Of a stretch of DNA of 64,000 nt, positions 49,458 to 62,000 are shown one piece after another. The position numbers and the translations under genes are program-made. Numbering within the stretch: the first letter of the stretch is position 1; every line of letters starts with the position of its first letter. Source of the stretch: Patellaria atrata CBS 101060 (lineage: Eukaryota); contig MU006108.1 of the NCBI GenBank assembly GCA_010093705.1, forward strand, positions 186,099-250,098. Direction: 5' to 3'. The notes under the pieces were generated by a model. That model did not search any database, was not told the DNA's origin, and was given only the letters and a program-made list of their open reading frames with translations.

Positions 49458-51846
49458 ATGGCTCCCACCGATCAAGAAAAGGCGACACTCCTGTCCCCTC
49501 CAACGAACGACGACCTTGATGGCTCAGATTTTACTGCATCTGAAAACGAGCTTATGAGCGATGCCGAAGATGAACACCATGATGGAAGGACATCGCTGGA
49601 GATTGCGCAGGACGGAGTCGAACTACTAAATGAAGAGGAAGAGCGGGAGAAACTGTTAACAGAGGGTGATCCTACTCAACGTGTGCTTAGAGGATTGTTC
49701 GGCGGAAGGAACGCAGGGCCATGCCATGATAATGAGGATATAAGGATAGCCAAACGGGAGAGGAGGAAAGCAGAAAGAGCTGGGAGAGGAACTCGAAGGC
49801 GAAAGAAGGGGGAACTTATGTATGATATGGAGGGAGGCCCACGCAGGTCTGACTCTGAGCTATCGAGGGACTCGTCTGAGTCTGACCAGCAGAGACTAGG
49901 TATTATCAGAGGACAGAAAACTGTATGTTGGAGCCTGTCTACACCTATAAAGGGTCGTTCAATACTGATATACACAGTCACGGCGTTCACGCTTCCTTCG
50001 GTTCACCCTTATACATGTTCTCATCATCCTAGCATTCCTAATATTACTCTTTGGTGCTTATAAGGCTTCCCGCGGATCCTCATCGCAGGCAAAAATAGGC
50101 CCTTTCTTTAACGGTACCGCACATTTCGCACATACAACGATATTGATATCCCTGGACGGGTTTCGAGCCGACTTCCTCAACCGTGGACTTACGCCGACGC
50201 TGAACGGTTTCATCCAAGAGGGAATCTCACCTAAATATATGCTCCCAAGTTTCCCAAGTGTAACCTTCCCCAATCATTACACCATAGTCACAGGACTGTA
50301 CCCGGAGAGTCACGGAATCGTTGGCAACACATTTTGGGATCCCAAATTTAATGAGGAGTTCTACTATACAAATCCATCAGGGATGCAACCAAAATGGTGG
50401 GGTGGAGAGCCGTTATGGGTAACTGCTGAGAAACAGGGTATTCGAACCGCCATACACATGTGGCCAGGCTCTGAAGCACATATACTCAATGTGACACCTA
50501 CCTACCTCGATAAATACAATGGATCCGAGATGCTATCTGCCAAGGTCGATCGTATAATGGAACTCCTGGACCGACCGGGTCCTGACAATCTCTTACCCGG
50601 GGAAGGTCCTCCGCGGCCCCAATTGCTCGCTGCTTATGTTCCAAACGTGGACTCAGATGGCCATACGTATGGACCCAATAGCACTGAAATCCGTCAAACC
50701 ATTCGCAACGTTGACACTATGCTCAATGATATTCTCCTCGGCCTCAAGGACCGCAACCTAACGGACATTGTGAATGTTGTCGTAGTGTCCGATCATGGTA
50801 TGGCGACAACTGATGTTAGCCGTCTCATTCAGTTCGAGGACCTCATCAACCCTGACGAGATCGAACATATTGACGGTTGGCCTCTGTATGGGCTCAGACC
50901 GAAGAATATCAGCAACCTGCTTCCTATTTACCAGAAACTGAGAGCCAGAATCAAAGCCAACCCCAATATCGATGTCTACCTTCGTGACGAAAACATGCCA
51001 CCTCACTACCACTTCTCTAACAATGAGCGTATCGCGCCTCTTTGGATCATTCCCAAAACTGGCTGGGCCGTTGTCACGAAAAAGGAATTCAACGTCGAAG
51101 AAGGCCTACGGAACGGCGATGTCTACCACCCCCGCGGCCTGCACGGCTACGACTTCGAGAATCCCCTCATGCGCGCCATCTTCGTCGCCAGGGGTCCAGC
51201 ATTCCCACATACCCCAGGTAGCAGGATGGACAATTTCCGTAAGTTACACTGAACCCCCCGAAATCCAAACCAAGTCCCAACTCCTCCAGTTGAGATTCAC
51301 GGGCTAACCTCCAGCACAGAAAACATCGAACTCTACAACATCATCTGCGACTCTCTCGGCATCGAACCACGTCCGAATAACGGGACATTACGCCTCCCGC
51401 TCAAGCCCGTAGGTTTACATTCCGATCCCCACGACCCGACTCTCGAGGCGCCGGAGGATCCCCAACCTTCTACCTCTTCTTCGGTAGTCCCGAACCAGAC
51501 CGCCACGCGTGCATCTCCCAGACCCTCGCTCCAAGCCTCGACGTACAAGCTCGAGGACCACTTACTCCCAGCCCCAAGCTCCGAAGCCTCGTCTCAGTTA
51601 CAGGTGTCTGCAGCTTCGAGTGCCGTCTCCACGAGCGCTGCGTTGACGTCGACAGAGGCGGACATGCCTACACGTCCTGTCGTCGTTGCTCCCTCTTCAA
51701 AGACGGGCGTTGAAGATCAGGAGCCCCCGGCTGGCGATTGGGATGCGTGGTGGAAGTGGTTCTTGGGGAAAGTGGATGCGGCGAAGGAGTGGGCAAGTGC
51801 GGCTTTTCAAGGGGCCGGGAATGAGGGTGAGAGAGAGGGCGGTTGA
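49458..51846 (+). CDS. NPP1: Nucleotide pyrophosphatase/phosphodiesterase (Npp1-like), type II membrane protein
   Basis: TM helix after intron 1, ISLDGFR, catalytic PSVTFPNH, DSDGH, VSDHGM, GLHGY; 2 introns; Ser/Thr-rich tail. Confidence 0.92.
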
Positions 51847-52460
51847 GGGTTGAGGACAGCTTTTTTTTGGGGTTTTGGGCGATTCGGGGGGAGTTGGGGT
51901 TGGGGATATATTTATGTGGTTCTTTCTGTTTTGGTGTTGGTGTGATACCCGTATGGTTGGTTCCAGGTTCTAAAAGTAGGGGTTGTATATTATATGTAGT
52001 TTATTCATTAGAGAGGTCAGTTAGCTGTTCCGACGGTTGATTTCAGTTCAGAGTACATGCCCTACACATGCACCCTGAAACCATCTTTCTAAACAACGCG
52101 AAGCTTTCCACCAGCGATATTTGAATAGTCTTGGTTCAGAATATAGTATTGAAAGGGCATCGTTACATAAGTCGCTTGCCGTCCTTGAATGATGTAACAT
52201 CAAGACAAATCTAAGGTATATATGTACAATATTTGATATAATATCTACAAACCATGCTCATGCTATGGACATGTCATTTAGTGTCGAGCTCTGGAACGCA
52301 GACCACTCGGATGCGCGACATGCCTCTTTCTGCTGTTGGCCATCAGAGTTGCATCGTACACCGTCCCTATGCCAGAGGAGGTATTGGCTGGTTCAGCTAT
52401 TTTCTAATCGGGCTCTACAGAGTAGGTTCTGGTTAGCCAGACGTGTGGTATGGAAGGTGA

Positions 52461-53886
52461 TCAATCGTTTTGATTTTCATCTTCTCCACCACTCTCCTTA
52501 TCGCCGATCTTGCTGCTTCCATCGACGAGCCTGGCGAACTCCGCCACAAGCCTAGCGGTAGCCTCGACGTTCTCCCTCGCAGAATCGAGCAATTGTTCGC
52601 GCATGTGGTCAGGTACCCGAGGGTCCCTTGATGCTTTCATTTCTTCCAATTCGCTTTCTTTCTCCTGCAGATGTCTCTGGAGGGTCTGGTACGTCCTCAA
52701 GGGCTTGTACTGCCCGGATTCGATGTGTTTCGGTACCTGAGGCATCCATCCCCACTTCTTGCCCTCCTTCGCGGGCTGCAACTGAAGCATGTTTTTTCTC
52801 GAATCCGCGATCATCCAATCGAGAAGAGAGATTTCCGCCCACAGGTTGAAGTGCATGCTCCCTAGCAGTTCGAGTTCCTTGCGCTGCCCTCGCCTTATCG
52901 ATTCGTCCTTCTCTCTGTAGAATATCTGTTCCCGTCTCGCGAGCTCTATCCAGAGGTATTCTGTCTCCTCTACGAGTTGCTTTCGAAGGTCTGTTAGCTC
53001 TACTATATGCCCTTGTAGTTCCTGGAGACCTTCCTGTGGGCTTCGTGGTTCCCAGTGATAATCAGTGGTGGGGACCCATTTCCTTTTCTCATTTTCGTCT
53101 ATGATATATACGTGGGGTGCTGCACCCGGTTGCGACTGTTGTCCGTATTCTTGAAGCTCTTCGAATACAGCCACGGTTCCATGGGAGGGTACACCTGGCT
53201 GAGAGGTGTCTTTGTCTGAACCTTTGAGCATTGAGAACAGTTGCTCAAGCGGGGTTGGAGATCCAGCCGCTGCCTTCCTTTCCTGCGCTTCGGCAAAATA
53301 TTTTTTACGCAACTTGACTTTGAACTGCGTCGCTTGTCCCTGCGTCTCCATGAACGTGCGCCAAGCGCTACCTGCAGTATCTGACATTCTATAGAATCCA
53401 ACATGAAATGCAAAGAAGCCGCCCATAGCAGCAGCCCCAAGATATCGGGTGAAGTTCATAGGGCGATGTTTTCTCCTGAGGAATGCCATGGCCATACCCC
53501 CACATGCTCCCACCACTATGTAATCGTCAAGCTCGACCTGATCGTTCAGTTCAATCCAACTTCGACGCCTAGGTTTAATTTTGAGCGCGTCGAGCATCGG
53601 TTGCTCCACCCATCGCTGGCCAGTATTGAGCCCTACTTGTGTAATGGTTGCCCAGAGGGTGCATGTTCCGGCCGTCGTTAGCGAGGGACCGACCTGTCTT
53701 GAGACCAAAAGTCGAAACAAACCACCAACTGTGCCAATTAAAGGAATGAGAATATTGTCAAGGCGAGCAGGAAGTGGACTGGGGACTGGTGGATAGGCGG
53801 CATGTTGACCTTCCACTATGGATGGTTAGTCTAAGTAGAGTATGGGTCGACTATAGCTTACGAGGACTTGGAAATATTCGCGTCAT
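52461..53886 (-). CDS. Uncharacterised protein: N-terminal Gly-rich hydrophobic helices and C-terminal coiled coils
   Basis: Short exon 1 (ATG 53886, MTRIFPSP) with a GTAAGC...CTAAC...TAG intron joining the 451-codon ORF. Confidence 0.75.
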
Positions 53887-54303
53887 GTTTGAGCAAGAAA
53901 GTCAATTCAGTATAATATCGAGAATAGCCTACAACTGGTAGACAGAAGGGAAGAGGGCACTTGGGGAGTAAGATCATAGTAGGGCCAAGCAGGAAAGATT
54001 CAATCAATCCATTAACAGCAGTTGCATGCGATTTATCAAAAGAGAGAGTGGTTTAAGACACGAGGGATGCATTGAGACCTATCTGAAGCATGTGGGATTA
54101 CAGAAATTGGCCACAAATGGTTTTGAGGGAAGCTTAACGCGAGGAAGGTCGTCAGTCTTGGCGCGTTTATGAAGTACCTTACAGCGGCTTACCTAAAACG
54201 GTAAAACTAGTAGTTCTACCAACCTCAAATATCATTTCTTAGATCCTGCCAAATAACAAACCACAACACATCACCTCTTTACCAAGGGGTATGTGCGACA
54301 GGA

Positions 54304-56561
54304 ATGGGTCATAAAAGAAGGCATGACGAGTACAACGATAATAGCTCTGCCACAAAAGCGTTCGGTATGGGACAGACACTCTCATGGTTGAGAGAACCAG
54401 AATCAACCTTGCAAACAGAGGAAAATCTTGAGAAGGACTTAGTGCACAAGGATGGAGATGGCGATTGGCAGTATGTTGAAGGGCAATCCAGGAAGAAGCA
54501 GAAGCAAAAGCAGAAGAAACAAGAGAACAACTATCCGGCCATCACTCATTCGCCAAGTGCTCGTTTTCAAAGCCACATCAAAATCAACGACTTTCAGAGC
54601 TTAATACTGTACCTTCTCGCAGATGCTGGAGGTCCCCAGTGGGTATCTGTCCGACATCATCATCATATCGGGAAAGTTGTTGTTCTCATGGTACCAGGTC
54701 TGGAGGCTTCAATGTTCAATGGCAACATCCAACTAGAAGCACCACAACCAGATCAAAACACAGATCATCCCGAACCTGAAATCACCCATGCTAACGTGGC
54801 TGGAACGCATATATCTGTAGGTGTTTCCTCATCTGATAAACTACCACAGCAGTCTGCTAGATACGACAATAGGAGGCTTCTGAATCCAGATGACTATTAT
54901 CCTAGCAAATTAGTCGCGGAGAACTTACCAGATGTTCTTAGACCTCTTGCGGCTATTTTTCCGCACGTTTGGCCAGTAAAGACGCCGGGTGACGATAGGT
55001 ACTCGAAACTACATTCACCACTTCATGCAATACTTACCAGTCCGTTGCCAAAATCGAGAGAAGAGAAGAAAGCGAAAGGCCCTCAACCACCTCGCGAGGG
55101 TAAATCATGGTCCAACCAGAGGACTAGAGTCTCAGAATTCCTTGCCACGAGGGAAGAGTTGCAAGAGGACGAATACGTTATTCATCCTGCGTATTTTGAA
55201 TCGCTCGAAGAGAAAGCAGCTGCTCTCCAGCAACGTGAGGCTGCGAAGCAGTCCATCGCAGATGGATGGGTTGATTCAAATGTAACCGATATTGCTGCAG
55301 GCGATGTTCCAGAAAAGGAAATTCCAGCGGGAAGCGTCACGGCTGGCAGAGATATCATTGCCATGGATTGCGAAATGTGTAAAACAGAAGGTGGACAATT
55401 CGAACTCACCCGAATCAGCCTGGTCGGTTGGGATGGTTCCGTCATTTTGGACGAGCTTGTTAAACCTACAAGACCTATCGTTGATTACCTGACTCGGTAA
55501 GAACACCTCGTCCCGGTACTTATAGTTTGTACGCTAATACTACTTCTAGGTATTCTGGGATCACCGCAAAGATGTTGGAAAATGTAACAACAACACTACC
55601 TGACATTCAAAAAGGTTTACTTGAACTTCTTACTCCTCGTACTATTCTGATTGGACATTCTCTCAACTCAGACCTCGCGGCTTTGAAACTCACGCATCCT
55701 TTCATTATTGATACCAGTATATTGTATCCACACCCTGGAGGACCCCCAAGGAAGTCTGCTCTCAAATGGTTGGCCCAAAAGTATTTGTCTCGTGAGATTC
55801 AAAAAGGTCATGGTACTGCAGGTCACGACAGTATCGAGGATGCTAGGGCTTGCCTTGACCTAGTCAAGGAAAAGTGTGAGAGAGGTCCAGCTTGGGGAAC
55901 AAGCGATGCAAGCTCAGAGTCAATATTCAAACGAATAAGTCGTGTACAGAAACATAAGAGCCAAAGCACGAATGGAAGCTCACAGGAATTCAGAACCGGA
56001 GCAGTGGTTGACTGGGGCGATCCACGTAGGGGTCACGGTCGTCATGCACAGGTCTGTATAGGTTGCGAAGATGACGAAGACGTTGTACGAGGTGTCAAAG
56101 TGGCAGTGAACGGTGATCCAGAGAATGAATCAATACCTCCGACCGGTGTAGATTTTGTTTGGGCTAGACTCAGAGAGTTGGAAGCATTACGAGGCTGGTG
56201 GAATAGAACAAAGTCAGCGGAAAACGCCGAAAGACGTTCGAACGCTCTGGCAGCTTCAGCAACGGCTGATGGCGAGGAGCCTGACACGAGAACTCTTTCA
56301 GCTGCAGTGCAGAAGGCGGTGACCCACATTTCAGAAATTTTCGAATCTCTACCTCAGTGTACGGCGTTCATGGTCTATAGCGGGAGTGGTGATCCACGCG
56401 AAGTCACCCGAATGCATGCATTGCACCAGCAGTTCAAGCAGGAATTCAGGACCAAGAAGTGGGACGAACTCAGTGTCAAATGGACGGACAGTGAGGAACA
56501 AAAACTGAAGAAAGCATGCAGAAAAGCTAGAGATGGCATTGGATTCGTCGTGGTCAAATGA
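54304..56561 (+). CDS. REX1: DEDDh RNA exonuclease, Rex1/Rnh70 family
   Basis: ExoI AMDCEM, DYLTR|YSGIT, ExoII GHSLNSD, ExoIII HDSIEDA; one intron at about 55497-55549. Confidence 0.92.
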
Positions 56562-59092
56562 AAGATGAACGATTTGGGGTTGCATAGGCAGGGTTTGATC
56601 TTATACCCTTCTATATTGCCGTTATCGAAAGTTAAAGCTGGACCCCGGGCTGAAGGTCTATAGCATAGGACTCGGTTGCGGTTGTTTGCTCAACTACTTA
56701 CTACTGAACCTCCGGCCCGTATGCGCGCGTTTCTGACTGTGCTACAGGCTAATTCAAAGATTAATACTTTGTATGATGGGACTTCTTTTCGGCTGTACTA
56801 TTTTACTGTACTATGTACAATCCAGCCCCTCAAAGATGCCGATTGGAATTTTTGCAATTGTTTCCTTGTGCTCTGTGCAAAAGTTGAAATTTCTTTTCTG
56901 GTCTGGAAGGTTTCCAATGGTGTTCTTTCACTTTCAGCTCGTGATCGTGTCATGGGAGGTAAGGATTTTGGTCGTGGCTGTCTCATCAAATGAGAAGGAT
57001 CGAAGTTGTAAAGACACAACTTTTCTCCGATTGCTCGCAAAAGTGGGATGTGGTGAGCTGAAATGGGGCAGTGATAGGCATCATCAAGCTTTCTCATACA
57101 TATGCAGTCCACATGGAATACACAAGTCTCGCGCGCTAGATATCGAAGGATATCACCAGATCCTACTCTTTAGCCAACACTAACTCTACATGTCTACGCA
57201 GTTGCTGCGTTGGCTCTTAAGGATTCGACGGAGAAACTAGTTTACTAGTGAAAAAAAAAAAAAAGTGATAAAGGTTGATAAATCATAAAATCGAGTAGGG
57301 CATTCCGAAAGACCAACCATATTCTGCTATAGTTTCCATTACCTATCGGGCGTAACGTAAGCGTACAGTTAACGTCGATTGTAGTATTACCACGAGTCAA
57401 GGTACGTACAGGACAAGTACAACTGTGGTCAGATAGCTCTTCTAATTTAAACGATTACACGACTGTCTAATAAAAGCTATGCGGACCAACTTCAACACTC
57501 TCTGCCCGAACTTTGATGAGTGGTCAGGTCTCTGCGTCCAGTTATTTAATCACCGGACATCGTTAGATTGGTTGAGTCGTTAGCATTTTCTACGGCCTCC
57601 GTTTCTATTCTTCCAAGTTTCCAACAGAACACAACCCCAACAGACGCTACTTGTCCTTCCCAGACTCTATTTGCGATGCACGGAGAATGTTCGATTGCAT
57701 AAGAGCGTTCCAAGAATATATTCAGGGGTCATGATTGCCTGATGGTGCACGATTGATGCTGTATGCACTACGTGGCGACGGTCACAGAGCGAGGTCGAGC
57801 GTGGTCGAGCGTTACAATATGGGCGATATTGCGAGGCTTTGGCTATTACTGCCGTAGTACATGATTCCTGTTGACTTTGCGTGAAATAGGCATGATTAAG
57901 GGACAGGCATAGAACAGGATAGCAAGGGTGGATCAAGCAAACGAGCGATAGTTGTAACAAGGATAAGTGATTATTGAACGGTGATGCACGTAAAACATCA
58001 TCATCAAGACCTTGTCGTGTCTTTTTGTCCGCTCTGGCAGTTACTGTAAAGTTGTTAACTTGTGCTGTGCAGTACAGTCTGGTGCAGTACGAGTACGAGT
58101 GGTACTTGAAGTAATTTGTAGCATACTGCCAGTCCGGGTGTTACGATCTGTAATAAAAGGATGATAGTTCGGACTTATATCTGTCCTTTCATGACCAAAA
58201 CTTCGGGCCATATACCGCCATAAGGCTTTTTCTAGTTTTCTTTGGTCCTTTACCATCTTCCTTGTTCCCGATCTGGATTCACAGCCATGTCAATCCTCCG
58301 GTATGGAGCCTAGAATTGCCCCTGCACTTTCAGCTTCTTGCGTCTTTGCGAACCCATCCAGCACTTTTAAACGCCCTTTTTTCCTTAGCGATCTGCGTCT
58401 AAGTGGCGCTATCAAACAATCAATGCGTTTTTTGCATGTTTGATTTCGCTTGAGTACCCTTTATGATTCTAAAGGCTGGTCAAAGTGGTCATGCTTCGAA
58501 TTCCCGTTACATCTAATTCTGCGTCAATTCTCGTAAAGGGGAAATGAGGAGGAAGTACGCATTCACTACTCCGTAACTGCAATTTATACTTTGCCCGTAG
58601 TTTCCGTATACTTTACACTGTAGAGCATAATTCCCTTTTACGGGTATAGTAGGCTGTCAATCAGGTCAATTATCCTGCGAGTGTCTATGCACTTTTCTTG
58701 ACTACCTTAGATCCGTGCCACGTTAAGTGCAATCACCTTTAGCTTTTCCCTTTCTTCACTACTTACCTTAAAAATCCCAACCGCCTTGTCCGTCCCTTGT
58801 CATCCGCATACGTTACCTATTATACAACACAAGATCTATAGACCTTTCGTGACCTTTTTCTCTCTAGCGGGAGAAAAGAGAGAAACGGAAGAAGTCGTTT
58901 ACCCTTCCCCCAAGCTTCCAAACGGCCGTTGGACTATTTTGCGGCAATTAAAATCGTTCCACTACCCTTAACCTGAACTTTTTAGCCAGCCAGCATTGCG
59001 GTACTACTATAGCACTGGGTGCCGGGGTTCGAAAAGATACTGACGACTCCCCATTATTCCATTTTCCTGCCGTCTCTGCTATTACGAATAAC

Positions 59093-62000
59093 ATGCGTAC
59101 CAAATACACGAATACCAATCGATCGCTCAGGACCCGTCTGAGCTCATCATCGGTCAAGCGTGGTCAGCTCGGCCGAGAGAGGTCGAAAGAGCCTCAAGTG
59201 ATCTCTCTGTCAGATGATTCGAAGGAATCTGCACGCAATTCGGTTGTGCCAGACTCTGCAGGAGACGAGGATGTCGATGATGATAGCGACGATGATGATG
59301 ATGATAATGATGATGATGATGATGATGGTGATAATGATGATAATGATGATGATGTTGAGGAGGATAAGGATTTCGAAGTAGACGAAAAGGATGAAGAGGA
59401 TGACGCTTCCCAGTCCCGTTCGACAGTGGCCTTTTGCAGAAAATGCGGCGCTCGACTGGGTGACTTCTTTAATAGCTTCGCTAAGGTCACCAATACTTAC
59501 TACCTCCCAACTCTGAGTGGCTCGTATACGCTTGGTGGCATTCGTGGGCCGCATGGACGTAAGAAATCCGCTCTCGTAGGTGACAATTCACCTCTATTCG
59601 GTTGGTAAGTCTTATCTTCAAAACCCTTTTTTTTGTTTGTGTGATGTAAGGTACTATCATGTGTTATCGGCCCTGTAACTTGTACAGTACGGGAAAGTAC
59701 GGGAAAGTACAGTTACAATTCAGCATTTTCCCTCTTTGTGGTTATGCTTACCCTTTACCTTATTACTGTACTCCCCTTACCTTAAACCCTTACTATACCT
59801 CACACAATTTATCCATCCCATACCCACGCACGCACGCATCAACCCTTTGTTCATCAGACATGAGAGATTGATTGTAGCCTCGTGGAGTCCTAGTTCGAAT
59901 GCCCATGTCCCCCGTTGTCCCCATTGTTCCAGAAATACAGTAGTACCTGATTCTTCAATATTAATGTCGACTAAAATTCTTCTAATCATCATTCTTTATT
60001 TTTTTTTCTTTCTTTTCTAAATTTCATTAATGGCCTGCACCCCTCCTCTTCCCTCTTTTTCCGGAACATTCCTTAGAATAAATTCTTTCAGTTTGAGACG
60101 GTTGAGAGCCGCTAAAATGGCTCGCTGACAAGTCAATGATAACTTTAATATCTATTCGAGATTAACATTTGCACTAACCCTAATTGCACACTCTCATCGC
60201 CGAGAGCTACATTGCCTGCATAATTAAAATCCACAAAGGCCCCGATCTGCAAATAAACGAGGTACTTTTTGGAACCTGAACTCGACCTGATGTGACTGAC
60301 AAAACCTACCTTTCTTCTTTCAATAGTCATTTCCAACGTTATTTCTGCGCAAACGATACTTGCAAAGAACATCTCGCTCTCTTCTGCAAGAGTGCTCCCT
60401 CGGAAAAGTCTGCTTTTAGGTGAGTGCACAATTCCAATAGTTGTTGGTGTTGCAAGTGCCCCGGTTTATTTCTGGTGTGGTTGTACAAAGACCATTACCA
60501 TTTCGCTATCACTTGTGCATATTGCTTGCATAGCGATGCGAGATGAAAAAAGGACGCACCCCAAGCATCATTTGGCTAATCCCTATATTGCGAGCGCAGT
60601 GGCCGAGACTTTTTCAAACTTCCTCTTATCGAATTGAGGTCCGAGGTGACAAACAAAGAAGTGGCTCCCATTGTCGAGGAAACTCACGTGGAGCATTGCC
60701 AATCCGGTGCGCAACCACAACGAGAAGATACGACGACAGGCGCAGAGGATGAGATGGAAATGGAGGTGTCGGCGCCCCAGAGACAATCGGATCTCGATCA
60801 CCAAGTCCATCATACCAGGCAGCGCTCGCGTTCCAGCCAGATACAGTTGCAGCAGCAGCATCAACACACTCCCCTTCAAAACCACCCGTCACCCATAGCT
60901 CCACCGCAGAAAGCTGTCGCAAATACTCGAGAGTCGCCTGCCGTGCCGTCGACGCAGTATTCACCTAGCACACCGAATATCAGCACTACCCAGCTCGCGA
61001 ATCCGGCATCCGTGCCAAGGCATCGCGATAATGTCGTCCCAGTACATGCAGCTGTCAGAGAACATGCGCACGATAATAACATTGCTCAACCGAGTGCCCA
61101 CGAAGTCAGCTTGGATGCGATCACGCGTTTGCAAACCCAGATATCGTACGACACCGCCGTGCTCCACAATCAGACTAGAGATATAGCGAGGTTGGACAGT
61201 GTCGTTGGTCGAATTCAGCAAGATATGAGACATGTACTCGACGCTCTTGACATAATGAGGGACCAGATTAGCACAAGACCATCGGGACCACAGACCGCAC
61301 CAACTGGGCAAGATCGGATGGATGACGCAGCTCTCGAGATACTGTCAAACAATGTCACGAGCATTGCAGGAAAAGTGCATGAAATCGATAACTTGAAATT
61401 ACAGATGGAATTAATGAAACGTCGTATTAAGACATTAGAAGAAGGCGGAATTACTGCACCTGCTCCGGCCAGCTTTACTTCACCTCGACCCTCCTCTGAT
61501 CATCAACATCCACCCCCTCCTCAACAAGCTCCTATCCATCATAATGCGCCTTCTTATAATACACCTGCAGCCGCGCCATCGACGACTCCGGCATCAACAA
61601 CTCGAATAACGACTCCTCTGCGGGTAGAAAGTCATCATCCACCAGGATCGTACCATCCCTCTGCTACAGCATCCTCGCATACCTACGATCATGAACCAGC
61701 GTCCAGCGGATGGGTTACAGTCAATCAAGGTTCTTCTTCGATCACACATGGATCGAAACGGGGTCTTCCGGATGCTATCGACACCCGGGTAAATGGCAGC
61801 GGCAGCGTTATCGGCTCGCCGAAGCGCCCCAAACTTGCACCAATCGAACCTAGACAAATTCACTATGAGACGCCGCACTCCACGGTACCGCCCATCTCAT
61901 ACGAGCGAATGGATACTGACGACAGTATGCCGCGGAAACATTCGATAGAATCCTATGGTGGGTCCTCCGCAGCACAATCTCCGGCATTCATACATTATCC

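Noticed and set aside
58625..58650. CCCTTTTAC hairpin resembling U5 snRNA loop I
   Set aside because: Mismatch to the invariant GCCUUUUAC, with no supporting stem or Sm site.
59210..59554. Minus-strand ORF with a poly-Ile hydrophobic run
   Set aside because: It is the reverse complement of the (GAT)n poly-Asp tract.
59875..59905. Pol III A-box/B-box-like words (TAGCCTCGTGG, GTTCGAAT) suggesting a tRNA
   Set aside because: Spacing is far too short and no cloverleaf can be folded.
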